Under the pieces are notes generated by a model. That model had not been told where the DNA came from, made no database searches, and saw nothing but the letters and a program-made list of their open reading frames with translations. A DNA stretch of 59,777 nucleotides from Patescibacteria group bacterium (GTDB taxonomy: Bacteria; Patescibacteriota; Minisyncoccia; Phycocordibacterales; UBA2100), in NCBI GenBank assembly GCA_038064535.1, contig JBBTSX010000011.1, positions 1 to 59,777 of the forward strand. Reading direction: 5' to 3'. The stretch's first letter is position 1; every line of letters begins with the position of its first letter. The position numbers were made by a program, and so were the translations under genes. Shown one piece after another: positions 19,060 to 28,245 of this stretch.

Positions 19060-19120
19060 TATACCGCCTTTGCATGTCGTGCGGTTTCGCATATGTTCCG
19101 CCCGTGTATAATCTCTATTC

Positions 19121-19834
19121 ATGATGCTCGTATTTGCCATCGGAGCCTTTTGCGCGACTCTGCTCGGCGGGCTTTTTGCCCTGCGCCTCAAGGACCGGCT
19201 GCACCTCATTTTGGGGCTCAGCGCGGGAGCTGTTATCGGCGTCGCGTTTTTCGAACTCATACCGGAAGCGTTTGAGTTGAGCGGACAAGCGGGCGAAGTC
19301 CGCACGGTTACTGCGCTTATTGCGCTCGGATTTGTCGCATATCTCATATTGGACCGTTTCATTGCACTACACAGCCACACCGACGACGATGGTCACGCGC
19401 GTCAGCGGAGGGGGGTTGTCGGGGCCGGTACGCTTTCGTTCCACAGCTTCCTCGACGGCATCGGCCTCGGTCTCGCATTTCAAGTCTCGCCGGCGGTCGG
19501 ACTTGTCGTCGCGCTTGCGGTCCTCGCACACGATTTTTCCGACGGCATAAACACGGTGAACATGATACTCAAAAGCACGGGTGAGAGGGCGCAGGCATTC
19601 CGCTGGCTTCTGGTGGATGCGCTTGCTCCTGCCGCGGGCGTACTCGCCACGCTCTTTTTTACCGTCAGCCAGACGACCCTTGGTTATCTGCTCGCGCTGT
19701 TCGCAGGATTCTTTCTGTACATCGGCGCGTCCGACCTGTTGCCGGAAAGTCACCATTCGCATCCGGTCTATTGGACGACACTCTCCACCATACTCGGCGT
19801 TGCGGTTCTCTACGTGGTGACTCTGTTCGCATAA
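19121..19834 (+). CDS. ZIP family metal transporter
   Basis: His-rich loop, HSFLDG, HDFSDG, SDLLPE. Confidence 0.92.
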   Translation: MMLVFAIGAFCATLLGGLFALRLKDRLHLILGLSAGAVIGVAFFELIPEAFELSGQAGEVRTVTALIALGFVAYLILDRFIALHSHTDDDGHARQRRGVVGAGTLSFHSFLDGIGLGLAFQVSPAVGLVVALAVLAHDFSDGINTVNMILKSTGERAQAFRWLLVDALAPAAGVLATLFFTVSQTTLGYLLALFAGFFLYIGASDLLPESHHSHPVYWTTLSTILGVAVLYVVTLFA

Positions 19835-19841
19835 CGAATAC

Positions 19842-21089
19842 ATGAACAAGAAGAAACTGTTTCTATGGTCGCTGTATGACTTCGCGAACTCGATTATCTA
19901 CGTCAACTTCCTTCTGTATTTCGCGCAGTGGCTGGTTATCGACGCGGGACTTCCGGACTTTTGGTACAACGCCATTTTTGCGGTAACGACACTTATTTTG
20001 CTTGCGACCGCGCCCATTCTTGCGGCGCAGACCGACAGGAACGGCGGACGCAAGTTCTTTTTGAATGTCGCGACCGCCGGGACATTTTTGTCGTACAGTC
20101 TCGCGGTCGCGGTCGCGTATTTCGGGACCTCGCATATCTGGGCGGTCGCTCTCCTGTTTTTGCTCGGCCAGTATTTCTACCAGCTCTCTTTTGTGTTCTA
20201 CAATCCGATGCTCGAAGAAATCGCCGATACGGAGCATCGTGCCCGCGCATCGGGTATCGGTCAGTTTTCAAACGCACTGGGTCAGGTGGTCGGTATCGCC
20301 ATCACCCTGCCGCTTGCCGCGTCGCGCCTGAATCCTTTGGGTCCCGCGCTCATTGCGTTCGTCCTGCTGGCGCTTCCCATGATGGTATTTTTCAAAGAGA
20401 ACAGAGTGCCTCGTTCTCCGCTTCAGATATCGCAACTACTGGAGGACGGACGGGCGTATAGGCGCAAATTCCTCGCTTTTTTTGCTGCCTCGGTGGCCAC
20501 GCCGATGCTCCTCGCTTTTTTCCTGTTCAACGACGCGCTGTTGACCCTCAGCAACAACTATTCCATCCTCCTCGAGCGCGTCTTTGCCGTCCCCGATTCG
20601 ACAAAGTCGCTTCTTCTTATGTCTATTCTCGTTATGTCTGCCGTAGGCGGAGTGGTAGCGGGATGGTTGGCCGACCGCATCGGCGCACTTGCCACACTGA
20701 AGATACTGCTCGTCTCTTGGATTATTGCGCTGCCTCTGCTCGCGCTCGCGCCGACATTCGCGGTGTTTGCCATCATTACAATTCCCGTCGGCCTGCTCAT
20801 CGGCTCCCTGTTTGCCGTCTGCCGGGCATACCTGAGCACGTTGCTTAGGAAAGAGGAGATGACATACGGCTTTTCTTTCTACACACTGGCCGAGCGCTTT
20901 GCCACGTTTGTCGGTCCGCTTACGTGGGGCGGAATTATTTTGGGAGTGGGTGGCGGCGCTATCGCGTACCGGCTTGCCATAGGCGCAATGGCGGTCTTCG
21001 TTCTCGCGGGACTGCTCATACTGTATTTCTTCAGGAAATCTGCGGAAGTGCCGAAGCAGGCTTTGGCTACTACTGCAGTTGACAAGTAA
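19842..21089 (+). CDS. MFS transporter (UMF1/Atg22-like)
   Basis: WSLYDFANS start, about 12 TM, GWLADRIG. Confidence 0.9.
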   Translation: MNKKKLFLWSLYDFANSIIYVNFLLYFAQWLVIDAGLPDFWYNAIFAVTTLILLATAPILAAQTDRNGGRKFFLNVATAGTFLSYSLAVAVAYFGTSHIWAVALLFLLGQYFYQLSFVFYNPMLEEIADTEHRARASGIGQFSNALGQVVGIAITLPLAASRLNPLGPALIAFVLLALPMMVFFKENRVPRSPLQISQLLEDGRAYRRKFLAFFAASVATPMLLAFFLFNDALLTLSNNYSILLERVFAVPDSTKSLLLMSILVMSAVGGVVAGWLADRIGALATLKILLVSWIIALPLLALAPTFAVFAIITIPVGLLIGSLFAVCRAYLSTLLRKEEMTYGFSFYTLAERFATFVGPLTWGGIILGVGGGAIAYRLAIGAMAVFVLAGLLILYFFRKSAEVPKQALATTAVDK

Positions 21090-21107
21090 TATGTTTAGTA
21101 GTATAAT
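21079..21107 (+). promoter_or_regulatory. consensus sigma70 promoter
   Basis: TTGACA-N17-TATAAT. Confidence 0.85.
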
Positions 21108-21155
21108 GGAAGCTGCTGCTACAATCCCGTAGCAGATGTACAAAGGAGCAAGACT

Positions 21156-21329
21156 TTGAGCGACTCAACACAGGTGTCTGAAAAGCTGCTCGAGTTCGTT
21201 ATCGAGCGGTGGATCAAAAAGACAATGAAGAAGCTTGAGCGTTTTGCCAAAGGGGCTGGTATTGAAATCTCGACCCTGAAGGCGTTTCTCAAGCCGCACC
21301 TGCAGCAGATGCTGGATAAGCACTTCTAA
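21156..21329 (+). CDS. small hypothetical protein (57 aa), absent from the ORF track
   Basis: AAGGAG SD plus TTG; MSDSTQVSEKLLEFVIERWIKKTMKKLERFAKGAGIEISTLKAFLKPHLQQMLDKHF. Confidence 0.7.
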   Translation: MSDSTQVSEKLLEFVIERWIKKTMKKLERFAKGAGIEISTLKAFLKPHLQQMLDKHF

Positions 21330-21441
21330 ACTTGATCGCCGACGATTGTTGTGAGCTCCTGCGTTAATGGAACTCTCCGACGTTCGTGGGTGCTGTCGTG
21401 ATGGAACCCACACCTTATGTTTACGACTTCGCTTCGTAAAC

Positions 21442-21473
21442 AAAAACCCGGCCGTTATAGAGGCCGGTTTTTG
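21442..21473. terminator. intrinsic terminator
   Basis: AAAAAC-CCGGCC...GGCCGG-TTTTT. Confidence 0.65.
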
Positions 21474-21486
21474 TTACAATACCTAT

Positions 21487-21729
21487 ATGAAAAAAGCGGT
21501 GTTTGGAGGAGGGTGCTTTTGGTGTACCGAAGCGGTCTTCCGAATGCTGAAAGGCGTGAGCAACGTCGAGCCGGGATACGCGGGTGGTTCGACTGGTTCG
21601 ACTACGTTCACCACAGGAAGCTCACCACAAGCGGCACCGATATACGAACAAGTAAGCTCAGGGACGACGGGGCATGCAGAGGTCATTCGTGTTACCTACG
21701 ACCCGGCAATAATCTCAATAGACATGTGA
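21487..21729 (+). pseudogene. msrA: truncated peptide methionine sulfoxide reductase A (N-terminal half only) with nested repeat insert
   Basis: [29 protein letters not shown], then stop at 80 aa. Confidence 0.85.
21586..21632. repeat. nested TTCGAC...TCACCACA repeat, in frame ([15 protein letters not shown])
   Basis: ggttcgac[tggttcgactacgttcaccacagg]aagctcaccacaagc. Confidence 0.75.
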
Positions 21730-21741
21730 TAGGAATATTTG

Positions 21742-22041
21742 TTATCGAACGTGCTCAAGCTTGGAAATACGACGTTCGTGGTTAATGAGCGCGAGAGCGT
21801 CTTTGTCGATGGCTTTGCCGTGAGCCGTAATATCGCGTTTTATTTCAGCAACATCACTCTTCAATTCTTTCACGTCGTACCGTAGTGAGCGAACGTCGTC
21901 CTGCACATGACCGAGCGAGAGGTTCACCTCCTCAAATCGGCTCTCCATTTCCTCCGTGAGTCCATTTTTTAGGTCAGCAAAACCCTCTGCCATGAGCGTC
22001 GCCAGCTTCTCTATAGAGTCTATTTTCTTCCCTTTCGCCAT
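21742..22041 (-). CDS. coiled-coil hypothetical protein
   Basis: heptad pattern, ends HERRISKLE. Confidence 0.8.
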   Translation of the reverse strand: MAKGKKIDSIEKLATLMAEGFADLKNGLTEEMESRFEEVNLSLGHVQDDVRSLRYDVKELKSDVAEIKRDITAHGKAIDKDALALINHERRISKLEHVR

Positions 22042-22065
22042 AAGCGATTAGTGTACCATATGCGT

Positions 22066-22455
22066 ATGGAGAGGAGGGAATTTGAGAAGCTTGTGGAAAA
22101 AGGGTATGAACAACTGCCGCAGTGGGTGCGGGAGAAGATTAAGAATGTTGCGGTGCTGGTGGAGGGCGAGCCGTCCGACGAGGACCGCAGGGAGCAGGGG
22201 CTTGGTGAGGATGAGACGCTACTTGGTTTGTACAAAGGAATTCCGCTCTCCGCGCGCGGAGAAAATTACGGCGTGGGCATGACACTGCCGGATACCATCA
22301 CGCTCTACCAAATCCCCATTGAAGGGGCCGCGGAGGAAGATGCGATGCCCGTCGCGCAGGTTATAGCGGAGACAATTTGGCACGAATTTGCGCACCATTT
22401 TGGAATGGACGAGCATGAGGTGCAGTCAAGAGAGCAAAATCGGGACACAAAATAA
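22066..22455 (+). CDS. zincin-like metallopeptidase family protein
   Basis: LLGLYKGIP, PDTITLY, HEFAHHFG. Confidence 0.88.
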   Translation: MERREFEKLVEKGYEQLPQWVREKIKNVAVLVEGEPSDEDRREQGLGEDETLLGLYKGIPLSARGENYGVGMTLPDTITLYQIPIEGAAEEDAMPVAQVIAETIWHEFAHHFGMDEHEVQSREQNRDTK

Positions 22456-22475
22456 TCACGTGCTATATTGTCGTT

Positions 22476-22639
22476 GCTGGTTACACCAAACCGTCTTAGC
22501 CAAGAAGCTCGCATGGGGCCCCTAGCGCAGATGGGACCGGCACCTCGACGACGTAGGCCGCTCAGCAATGTGCCGCCTGCGCACAGACGACCGCCTTCGG
22601 GCGTACGACTTCAGGGTGACCGCAGGGCCACCCTTTTTT
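22476..22639 (+). ncRNA. candidate rod-shaped small RNA (possibly 6S-like)
   Basis: own -10 (TGCTATATT at 22461), nested pairings, terminator at 22613-22639. Confidence 0.4.
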
Positions 22640-22655
22640 GTGCTATATTTTTGCC

Positions 22656-23906
22656 ATGGCAAGACTCTCGGAAACGCTGAAAGAGCGAGGCTACGCCTAC
22701 CAATTTTCTTCTGAAAAGCTTGAGGTCATCACCGATGGTCCGAAACGTACCGTCTATCTCGGTATAGACCCGTCGGCAGATTCGCTCCATGTCGGCAATC
22801 TCGTTGGACTCCTCGTATTGAGGCGGTTTCTGGAGGACGGACACAAGGTCATTATTCTCACAGGTGGTGGCACAGGGATGATTGGCGACCCGGGCGGCAA
22901 GAGCGAGGAGCGCAATTTGCTCGACGAGGAGACCATCGCCAAGAATTCCAAGGCTGTTGCCGCGCAGATACGTCGCGTATTCGGTAGCGAGGATTTCATC
23001 GAAGAGAACAACGCGAAATGGCTCACCAAGCTCAACCTGCTCGAGTTCCTCCGCGACGTCGGCAAGCACTTCACGGTAAATGCGATGATTAAGAAGGACA
23101 TGGTGCGCGAGCGGCTTGAAAAAGAGTCGCCGCTTTCGTTCACCGAATTCAGCTACTCGCTCTTGCAGGGCTACGACTTTCTCTATCTCAATGAGCAGTA
23201 TGCGTGTGACGTGCAAGTCGGCGGTTCGGACCAATGGAGCAATATTCTCGCGGGTGTCGAATTCATCCGCCGGAAAGCGGGAAAAGAGGTGTTTGCGCTC
23301 ACGTGGCCGCTCATTGTGAATAAATCGACCGGCAAAAAATTCGGCAAGAGCGAGGACGGCGCGGTATGGCTCGATGCGGAGAAGACATCACCGTTCAAAA
23401 TGTATCAGTTTTTCCTCAATATCGAGGACGAAGCGGTTGAAGAGTTATTGCTCAAATTGACGATGCTCAGCGGCGCGGAAATAGATGCGGCGATGGAAAT
23501 GCATAAGCGCAATCCGGCCGCACGCCATGGGCAGGAAATCCTTGCTCGCGAAGTGACGACGCTCGTCCACGGCGCGGAAGCCGTCGCGACTGCTGAACAA
23601 ATCTCGCAAGTGCTTTTCGGCGACGGCGGCGTCAAAGATATTTCAGCGGCGGCAGCGAAAGCACTGGCGGCATCCGCGCCATCGTGCGTAGTTTCGGGGG
23701 AGGCCGAGCTTGTTGATGTTCTTGTCGATTCGAAACTTGCGACGTCGAAGCGCGAGGCGCGCCAATTCATCTCTGATGGCGCTGTCACGCTCAACGGCGA
23801 AGCGCTGACTGGGAAGAAATCCACGTTGGAAAAATCAGACTTCACACACAACGTCGCGCTTTTGAAGCGGGGCAAGCGTAACGTGTGCGTGCTGGTGCTA
23901 CAATAG
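22656..23906 (+). CDS. tyrS: tyrosyl-tRNA synthetase
   Basis: HVGN (HIGH), GGSDQW, KFGKS (KMSKS), C-terminal S4 domain. Confidence 0.98.
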   Translation: MARLSETLKERGYAYQFSSEKLEVITDGPKRTVYLGIDPSADSLHVGNLVGLLVLRRFLEDGHKVIILTGGGTGMIGDPGGKSEERNLLDEETIAKNSKAVAAQIRRVFGSEDFIEENNAKWLTKLNLLEFLRDVGKHFTVNAMIKKDMVRERLEKESPLSFTEFSYSLLQGYDFLYLNEQYACDVQVGGSDQWSNILAGVEFIRRKAGKEVFALTWPLIVNKSTGKKFGKSEDGAVWLDAEKTSPFKMYQFFLNIEDEAVEELLLKLTMLSGAEIDAAMEMHKRNPAARHGQEILAREVTTLVHGAEAVATAEQISQVLFGDGGVKDISAAAAKALAASAPSCVVSGEAELVDVLVDSKLATSKREARQFISDGAVTLNGEALTGKKSTLEKSDFTHNVALLKRGKRNVCVLVLQ

Positions 23907-23910
23907 GAAT

Positions 23911-24075
23911 ATGAAAATGAGGAAAGGGGTGTCAAAGCAGGGCACTGGGAAGCCGCATTTTGATAAGAAAAGCGAGCGTCGCAAGACGCCGCCGCGGGTG
24001 GCGCCACGACAACAGCCGGTCGTGAAGAATGCCCGTATCCGCTCAAAGAAGCACACTCTCACGGGCAGGAAGTAA
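23911..24075 (+). CDS. small basic protein A (54 aa, KPHFDK motif), absent from the ORF track
   Basis: TGCTACAAT 6 nt upstream; MKMRKGVSKQGTGKPHFDKKSERRKTPPRVAPRQQPVVKNARIRSKKHTLTGRK. Confidence 0.65.
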   Translation: MKMRKGVSKQGTGKPHFDKKSERRKTPPRVAPRQQPVVKNARIRSKKHTLTGRK

Positions 24076-24090
24076 TGCTACAATGCGGAC

Positions 24091-24231
24091 ATGAAAGGCG
24101 GAGGATTCAACAAAGACAACAACAAGCCGCACTACGATAAGCCGCAGTCGCGTCAGTCGGTGCCTATTCGCATGCAGTCCCGCAAGGTTCAGTTCGGTAA
24201 ATCGCGCCGCGCTATCCCGCGAAGCAAATAG
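24091..24231 (+). CDS. small basic protein B (46 aa, KPHYDK motif), absent from the ORF track
   Basis: TGCTACAAT 6 nt upstream; MKGGGFNKDNNKPHYDKPQSRQSVPIRMQSRKVQFGKSRRAIPRSK. Confidence 0.65.
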   Translation: MKGGGFNKDNNKPHYDKPQSRQSVPIRMQSRKVQFGKSRRAIPRSK

Positions 24232-24270
24232 ACCGTGTATAGTGGTCGCACGCGACCGAGCGAGGAGCGA

Positions 24271-24408
24271 GGAAGTCTTGCAGGCGTGCTTGCAAGCGCA
24301 CACAACATGCGCTTCCTGACGCGTCTTGCAGAAAAGATTCGTCAGTCAATCGTTGACGACACATTCGAAGAATATAAAAGAGAATTTTTGTCTCGCTATC
24401 AGCCATGA
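24271..24408 (+). pseudogene. tgt: C-terminal remnant of tRNA-guanine transglycosylase
   Basis: LAGVLASAHNMRFLTRLAEKIRQSIVDDTFEEYKREFLSRY resembles the Tgt C-terminus (LxSxHN...IRxxI...FxxFxxEF). Confidence 0.7.
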
Positions 24409-24453
24409 GCGAACCCTTTTTCTTTTTTGGGACGAATCCTGTACAGTAGGCCG

Positions 24454-26487
24454 ATGAGTCGTTTTAAACTTGTATCTTCATATAAGCCGGACGGCGACCA
24501 ACCCAAGGCAATCGAGCAGCTTGTAAGCGGTCTTGAAGAGGGGAAACGCGACCAAACGCTCCTTGGTGTTACGGGCTCGGGCAAGACCTTTGCCGTGGCC
24601 AATATCATCGAGCAAGTCCAGAAGCCGACGCTTGTCATCGCTCACAACAAGACGCTGGCGGCCCAGCTTGCCTCCGAATACCGCGATTTTTTTCCTGATG
24701 CGGCGGTGCACTATTTCGTCTCGTACTACGACTACTACCAGCCAGAAGCGTATGTGCCGGTAACGGATACCTATATTGAGAAGGAGGCAATGGTGAATGA
24801 AGACATCGAACGTTTGCGGCACGCCGCGACACAGGCGCTCCTCACGCGCAGGGACGTCGTCGTCGTCGCATCCGTCTCCTGCATTTACGGATTGGGAAGC
24901 CCGGTGGAGTATCAAAAAGTGAACCTCAAACTCACGGCGGGCGAGCCCATGACGCGCGCCACGCTGACGCGCAAGCTCATAGCGATTTATTTCGAGCGAA
25001 CGACAGGTGACCTGTCGCCGGGTACATTCCGCGCGCTCGGTTCGACCATCGAAATTATGCCCGCAAGCGAGCGCGTCATCTACCGCGTCGATCTCACGGG
25101 TGGCAAGATTGCAAAAATCGAGGAGATAGACGCCATGACGCGAGAAATCGGAGAGCGTCATGAAGCGGTTTTTATTTTCCCAGCCCGCCAATACGTCACC
25201 CCCAAAGACGTAGTGGATGCCGCACTTGCCGACATGGAAAAGGAGCTAAAGGACCGATTGAAACAACTCAACGACTCGGGAAAAATATTGGAGGCAGAGC
25301 GGCTCAAGCGCCGCACGCGGCAGGACATCACGATGATACGGGAGTTCGGCTACTGCAACGGCATCGAGAATTATTCACGGCATTTTGACAGACGTAAACC
25401 GGGCGAGCCGCCGTACACACTCTTGAGCTACTTCCCAAAAGATTTTCTTACCGTCATTGACGAGTCGCATGTCACCATACCGCAAATCGGCGGCATGTAC
25501 GCGGGCGACCGCTCGCGCAAAGACACGCTCGTCGAGCACGGTTTCCGTTTGCCGAGTGCGGTTGATAACCGGCCGCTGACATTCGACGAATTCGAAGCCC
25601 GGGTAGGCCAGAAAATATACACGTCGGCCACGCCGGGCAAGTACGAAGCGGAACATAGCGGCAAACCGGTGGAGATGGTCATCCGCCCGACGGGGCTCAT
25701 CGATCCCGAGATTATCGTGCGGCCCATCGTAAGCCTGCCTGCGCAGGCAGGCTCGGCAGGATACGAGGGACAGGTCAAAGATTTTATCGGGGAGGTCGAG
25801 GCTGTCACGAAACACGGCGGGCGTTCGATGGTCACTGTGCTCACCAAGAAAATGGCGGAGGACCTCGCGACATTCCTCGACGAGAAAAAGATAAAGGCGC
25901 GCTATGTGCACAGCGATGTGAAAACCATCGAGCGTATCGAGATACTCACAGAGTTCCGCCGTGGAACGTTCGACGTGTTGGTCGGCGTTAACCTGTTACG
26001 CGAAGGATTGGACCTGCCGGAGGTGGAGATGGTCGCAATTATGGACGCGGACAAAGAAGGGTTTCTCCGTTCCGAAACTTCTCTCATCCAGACCATCGGG
26101 CGCGCGGCGCGCAACGTGCACGGCCGCGTCATTCTCTATGCCGACAATATGACCGGCTCGATGGAGCGTGCGATAGGTGAGACCAACAGGCGTCGTGCGA
26201 TACAGCTCGCCTACAACAAAAAGCACAAGATAACGCCGAAAACGATTCAAAAACGCATCAACGACATCATAGGAGATATTCAGAAAAACAGGAGACGCGC
26301 GGTCGAACAGCTCGCCACGGAAGATGTCGCCGCATTCGGCGGCGACCCGAAGAAGGCAATTGCCGAGAAGCGCCGCCAAATGCATGCCGCCGCCGACGAA
26401 TTGGATTTCGAAACGGCCGCACTCCTTCGCGACGAGATACAGGAGCTTGAGAAAGAGATTAAGCGCACCAAGCAACCAAAAAAGTGA
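24454..26487 (+). CDS. uvrB: excinuclease ABC subunit B
   Basis: GVTGSGKT, YYDYYQPEAY beta-hairpin, DESH, QTIGRAAR, C-terminal UVR domain. Confidence 0.98.
   Translation: MSRFKLVSSYKPDGDQPKAIEQLVSGLEEGKRDQTLLGVTGSGKTFAVANIIEQVQKPTLVIAHNKTLAAQLASEYRDFFPDAAVHYFVSYYDYYQPEAYVPVTDTYIEKEAMVNEDIERLRHAATQALLTRRDVVVVASVSCIYGLGSPVEYQKVNLKLTAGEPMTRATLTRKLIAIYFERTTGDLSPGTFRALGSTIEIMPASERVIYRVDLTGGKIAKIEEIDAMTREIGERHEAVFIFPARQYVTPKDVVDAALADMEKELKDRLKQLNDSGKILEAERLKRRTRQDITMIREFGYCNGIENYSRHFDRRKPGEPPYTLLSYFPKDFLTVIDESHVTIPQIGGMYAGDRSRKDTLVEHGFRLPSAVDNRPLTFDEFEARVGQKIYTSATPGKYEAEHSGKPVEMVIRPTGLIDPEIIVRPIVSLPAQAGSAGYEGQVKDFIGEVEAVTKHGGRSMVTVLTKKMAEDLATFLDEKKIKARYVHSDVKTIERIEILTEFRRGTFDVLVGVNLLREGLDLPEVEMVAIMDADKEGFLRSETSLIQTIGRAARNVHGRVILYADNMTGSMERAIGETNRRRAIQLAYNKKHKITPKTIQKRINDIIGDIQKNRRRAVEQLATEDVAAFGGDPKKAIAEKRRQMHAAADELDFETAALLRDEIQELEKEIKRTKQPKK
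25734..25751. repeat. CCTG...CAGG palindrome, in frame in uvrB (LPAQAG)
   Basis: cctgcctgcgcaggcagg, perfect 18-nt palindrome. Confidence 0.85.
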
Positions 26488-26497
26488 CTTTCTACCG

Positions 26498-26535
26498 GTA
26501 CATTATAACAGGCCGACCGGCCTGTTATAATGTAC
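26498..26535. repeat. palindromic double -10 element, copy 1
   Basis: gtacattataacaggccg-ac-cggcctgttataatgtac. Confidence 0.8.
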
Positions 26536-26612
26536 TTACTATTTGGGAGATTGCCTATGCGAGCAGGGGACTTGGCCCATTCTGGGGTATTCGCGTGTGG
26601 TAATCTGGAGCC

Positions 26613-28226
26613 GTGGGACTTCACTTCAACCCTGCGGATATTCAATCTATAGGAATCGGTCTTGCCGCGTTTCTGGCGACTGTGCTGGCTGTTTTCATTT
26701 TCATCAGCGCGCGCCACGAGCGCCTCGGCCGGCCGATGTGGGTCACGCTCGGAGTCGCGTCTGTTTGGGCGTGGTTTGGGTTTTTGTACCATCTTGTGCC
26801 GGGTCTTGAGCTTGCGCGTGACATGCGCGTCGTCTCCGTCATGGGTATCGTGTGGCTGGCTATGTCGCAATTGTATTTTGCCGGCATCTATCTGGGAGAG
26901 CGTGTGCAGTACGGCAAGCTGGTCCGGCGGATGCAGTTGGCCATCTATTCTTTCGGTGCCTTTTTGACGGCGCTCCTCGTTGCGGACCTGTTCGGTACGA
27001 GGCTGATAGTCGGCAAGCTGCTGTTTCCGGCGGATGTCGCTCTCGCGCCGATGGCTGGACCGCTTTTTGGTGTGCTTGTCGGTTATTTTGTGGTTTGTAC
27101 TATTTTTTCCGGTACATTGCTCGCGTGGCGTGCGCGGGCCGGAATTGACTCGTCGGACAGAAACCAGGCTCTTGCGCTTTTTATAAGCATGACGGTGGGG
27201 CTCACGCTCGGGGGCACGCGCTTTACGCCGTGGTACGGATTTGATTTCTACCCGCTCGTCGGCGACATCGGCTTTCCGCTCTTCGTATTCGCCACCTTCT
27301 ACTCCATCAAGCGTTACCACCTGCTCAATCGCGAGGTGGCCGCGGCGCAGCTCTTTATTTTCACACTCTGGACGCTTTCATTCTTCCGCTTTCTGCTCGA
27401 CACCTCCGCGCAAGCGATGTGGGTGGACGGTGGGTTCTTCCTCGCGGCGCTCGTACTCGGCGTCTTCCTGCTGCGGAGCGTCGTGATGGAAGCGAAGGCA
27501 CAGCGCGAGCTTGCCGCGGTCGCGGTAGAACGTACGAAATCGGAATTCATCACAATCGCCGCTCATCAGCTGCGGACGCCTGTCGCCGCACTGCGCTGGT
27601 CGTTTAATCTGCTCGCCGAGGGACGCGAGCAGCTCTCCGAGAAGCAGCGCGCGCTCGTCGACAAGGGCAATCGCGCCGCCGATAATATGATGCATCTGGT
27701 CAACGACCTGCTCGACATGGGTCACATCGCGGAAGGGAGATTTACCTACGCCTTCGCCGTGGGGGACCTCGGTGACACCGTTCGCGCGGAAGCGGGGCTG
27801 TTTGAAGATGTCGCGAAACAAAAAGGGGTCGCGCTTGATGTCAGTATCGCGGATAATCTTCCCGCGATACGCTTTGACGCGAACAGGCTGAATCTCGCGA
27901 TACAGAATCTTGTCGACAATGCCGTCAAATACACCGCTTCCGGCGGCCGGGTGACCGTCGCCACGGAGCGCTCCGGCGAGGGGGTGCGCATCACGGTGCA
28001 GGATACCGGCATCGGGTTCACGCCCGACGAGCAATCACGCGTCTTCGAGAAATTCTTCCGCGGTTCGCGCGCGGTGCACATGTCGCCGGACGGGAGCGGA
28101 CTTGGCCTATTTATCGCGAAAACAATCATCGAAGGCCATGGCGGCAGGCTTACGTTCTCTACCGAGGAGGGCAAGGGGGCGAGATTTACCATCTCGTTGC
28201 CGACAAAGCCCCCCGCCACACCGTAG
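26613..28226 (+). CDS. membrane-bound sensor histidine kinase
   Basis: multi-TM N-terminus, AAHQLRTP H-box, NAVKY, DTGIG, GSGLGL. Confidence 0.95.
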   Translation: MGLHFNPADIQSIGIGLAAFLATVLAVFIFISARHERLGRPMWVTLGVASVWAWFGFLYHLVPGLELARDMRVVSVMGIVWLAMSQLYFAGIYLGERVQYGKLVRRMQLAIYSFGAFLTALLVADLFGTRLIVGKLLFPADVALAPMAGPLFGVLVGYFVVCTIFSGTLLAWRARAGIDSSDRNQALALFISMTVGLTLGGTRFTPWYGFDFYPLVGDIGFPLFVFATFYSIKRYHLLNREVAAAQLFIFTLWTLSFFRFLLDTSAQAMWVDGGFFLAALVLGVFLLRSVVMEAKAQRELAAVAVERTKSEFITIAAHQLRTPVAALRWSFNLLAEGREQLSEKQRALVDKGNRAADNMMHLVNDLLDMGHIAEGRFTYAFAVGDLGDTVRAEAGLFEDVAKQKGVALDVSIADNLPAIRFDANRLNLAIQNLVDNAVKYTASGGRVTVATERSGEGVRITVQDTGIGFTPDEQSRVFEKFFRGSRAVHMSPDGSGLGLFIAKTIIEGHGGRLTFSTEEGKGARFTISLPTKPPATP

Positions 28227-28245
28227 AGTGGTATACTAATCGCGT

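Noticed and set aside
22600-22640. T-box riboswitch for tyrS
   Set aside because: The canonical UGGNACC bulge is missing, no specifier stem is recognisable, and tyrS has its own -10 downstream of the terminator.
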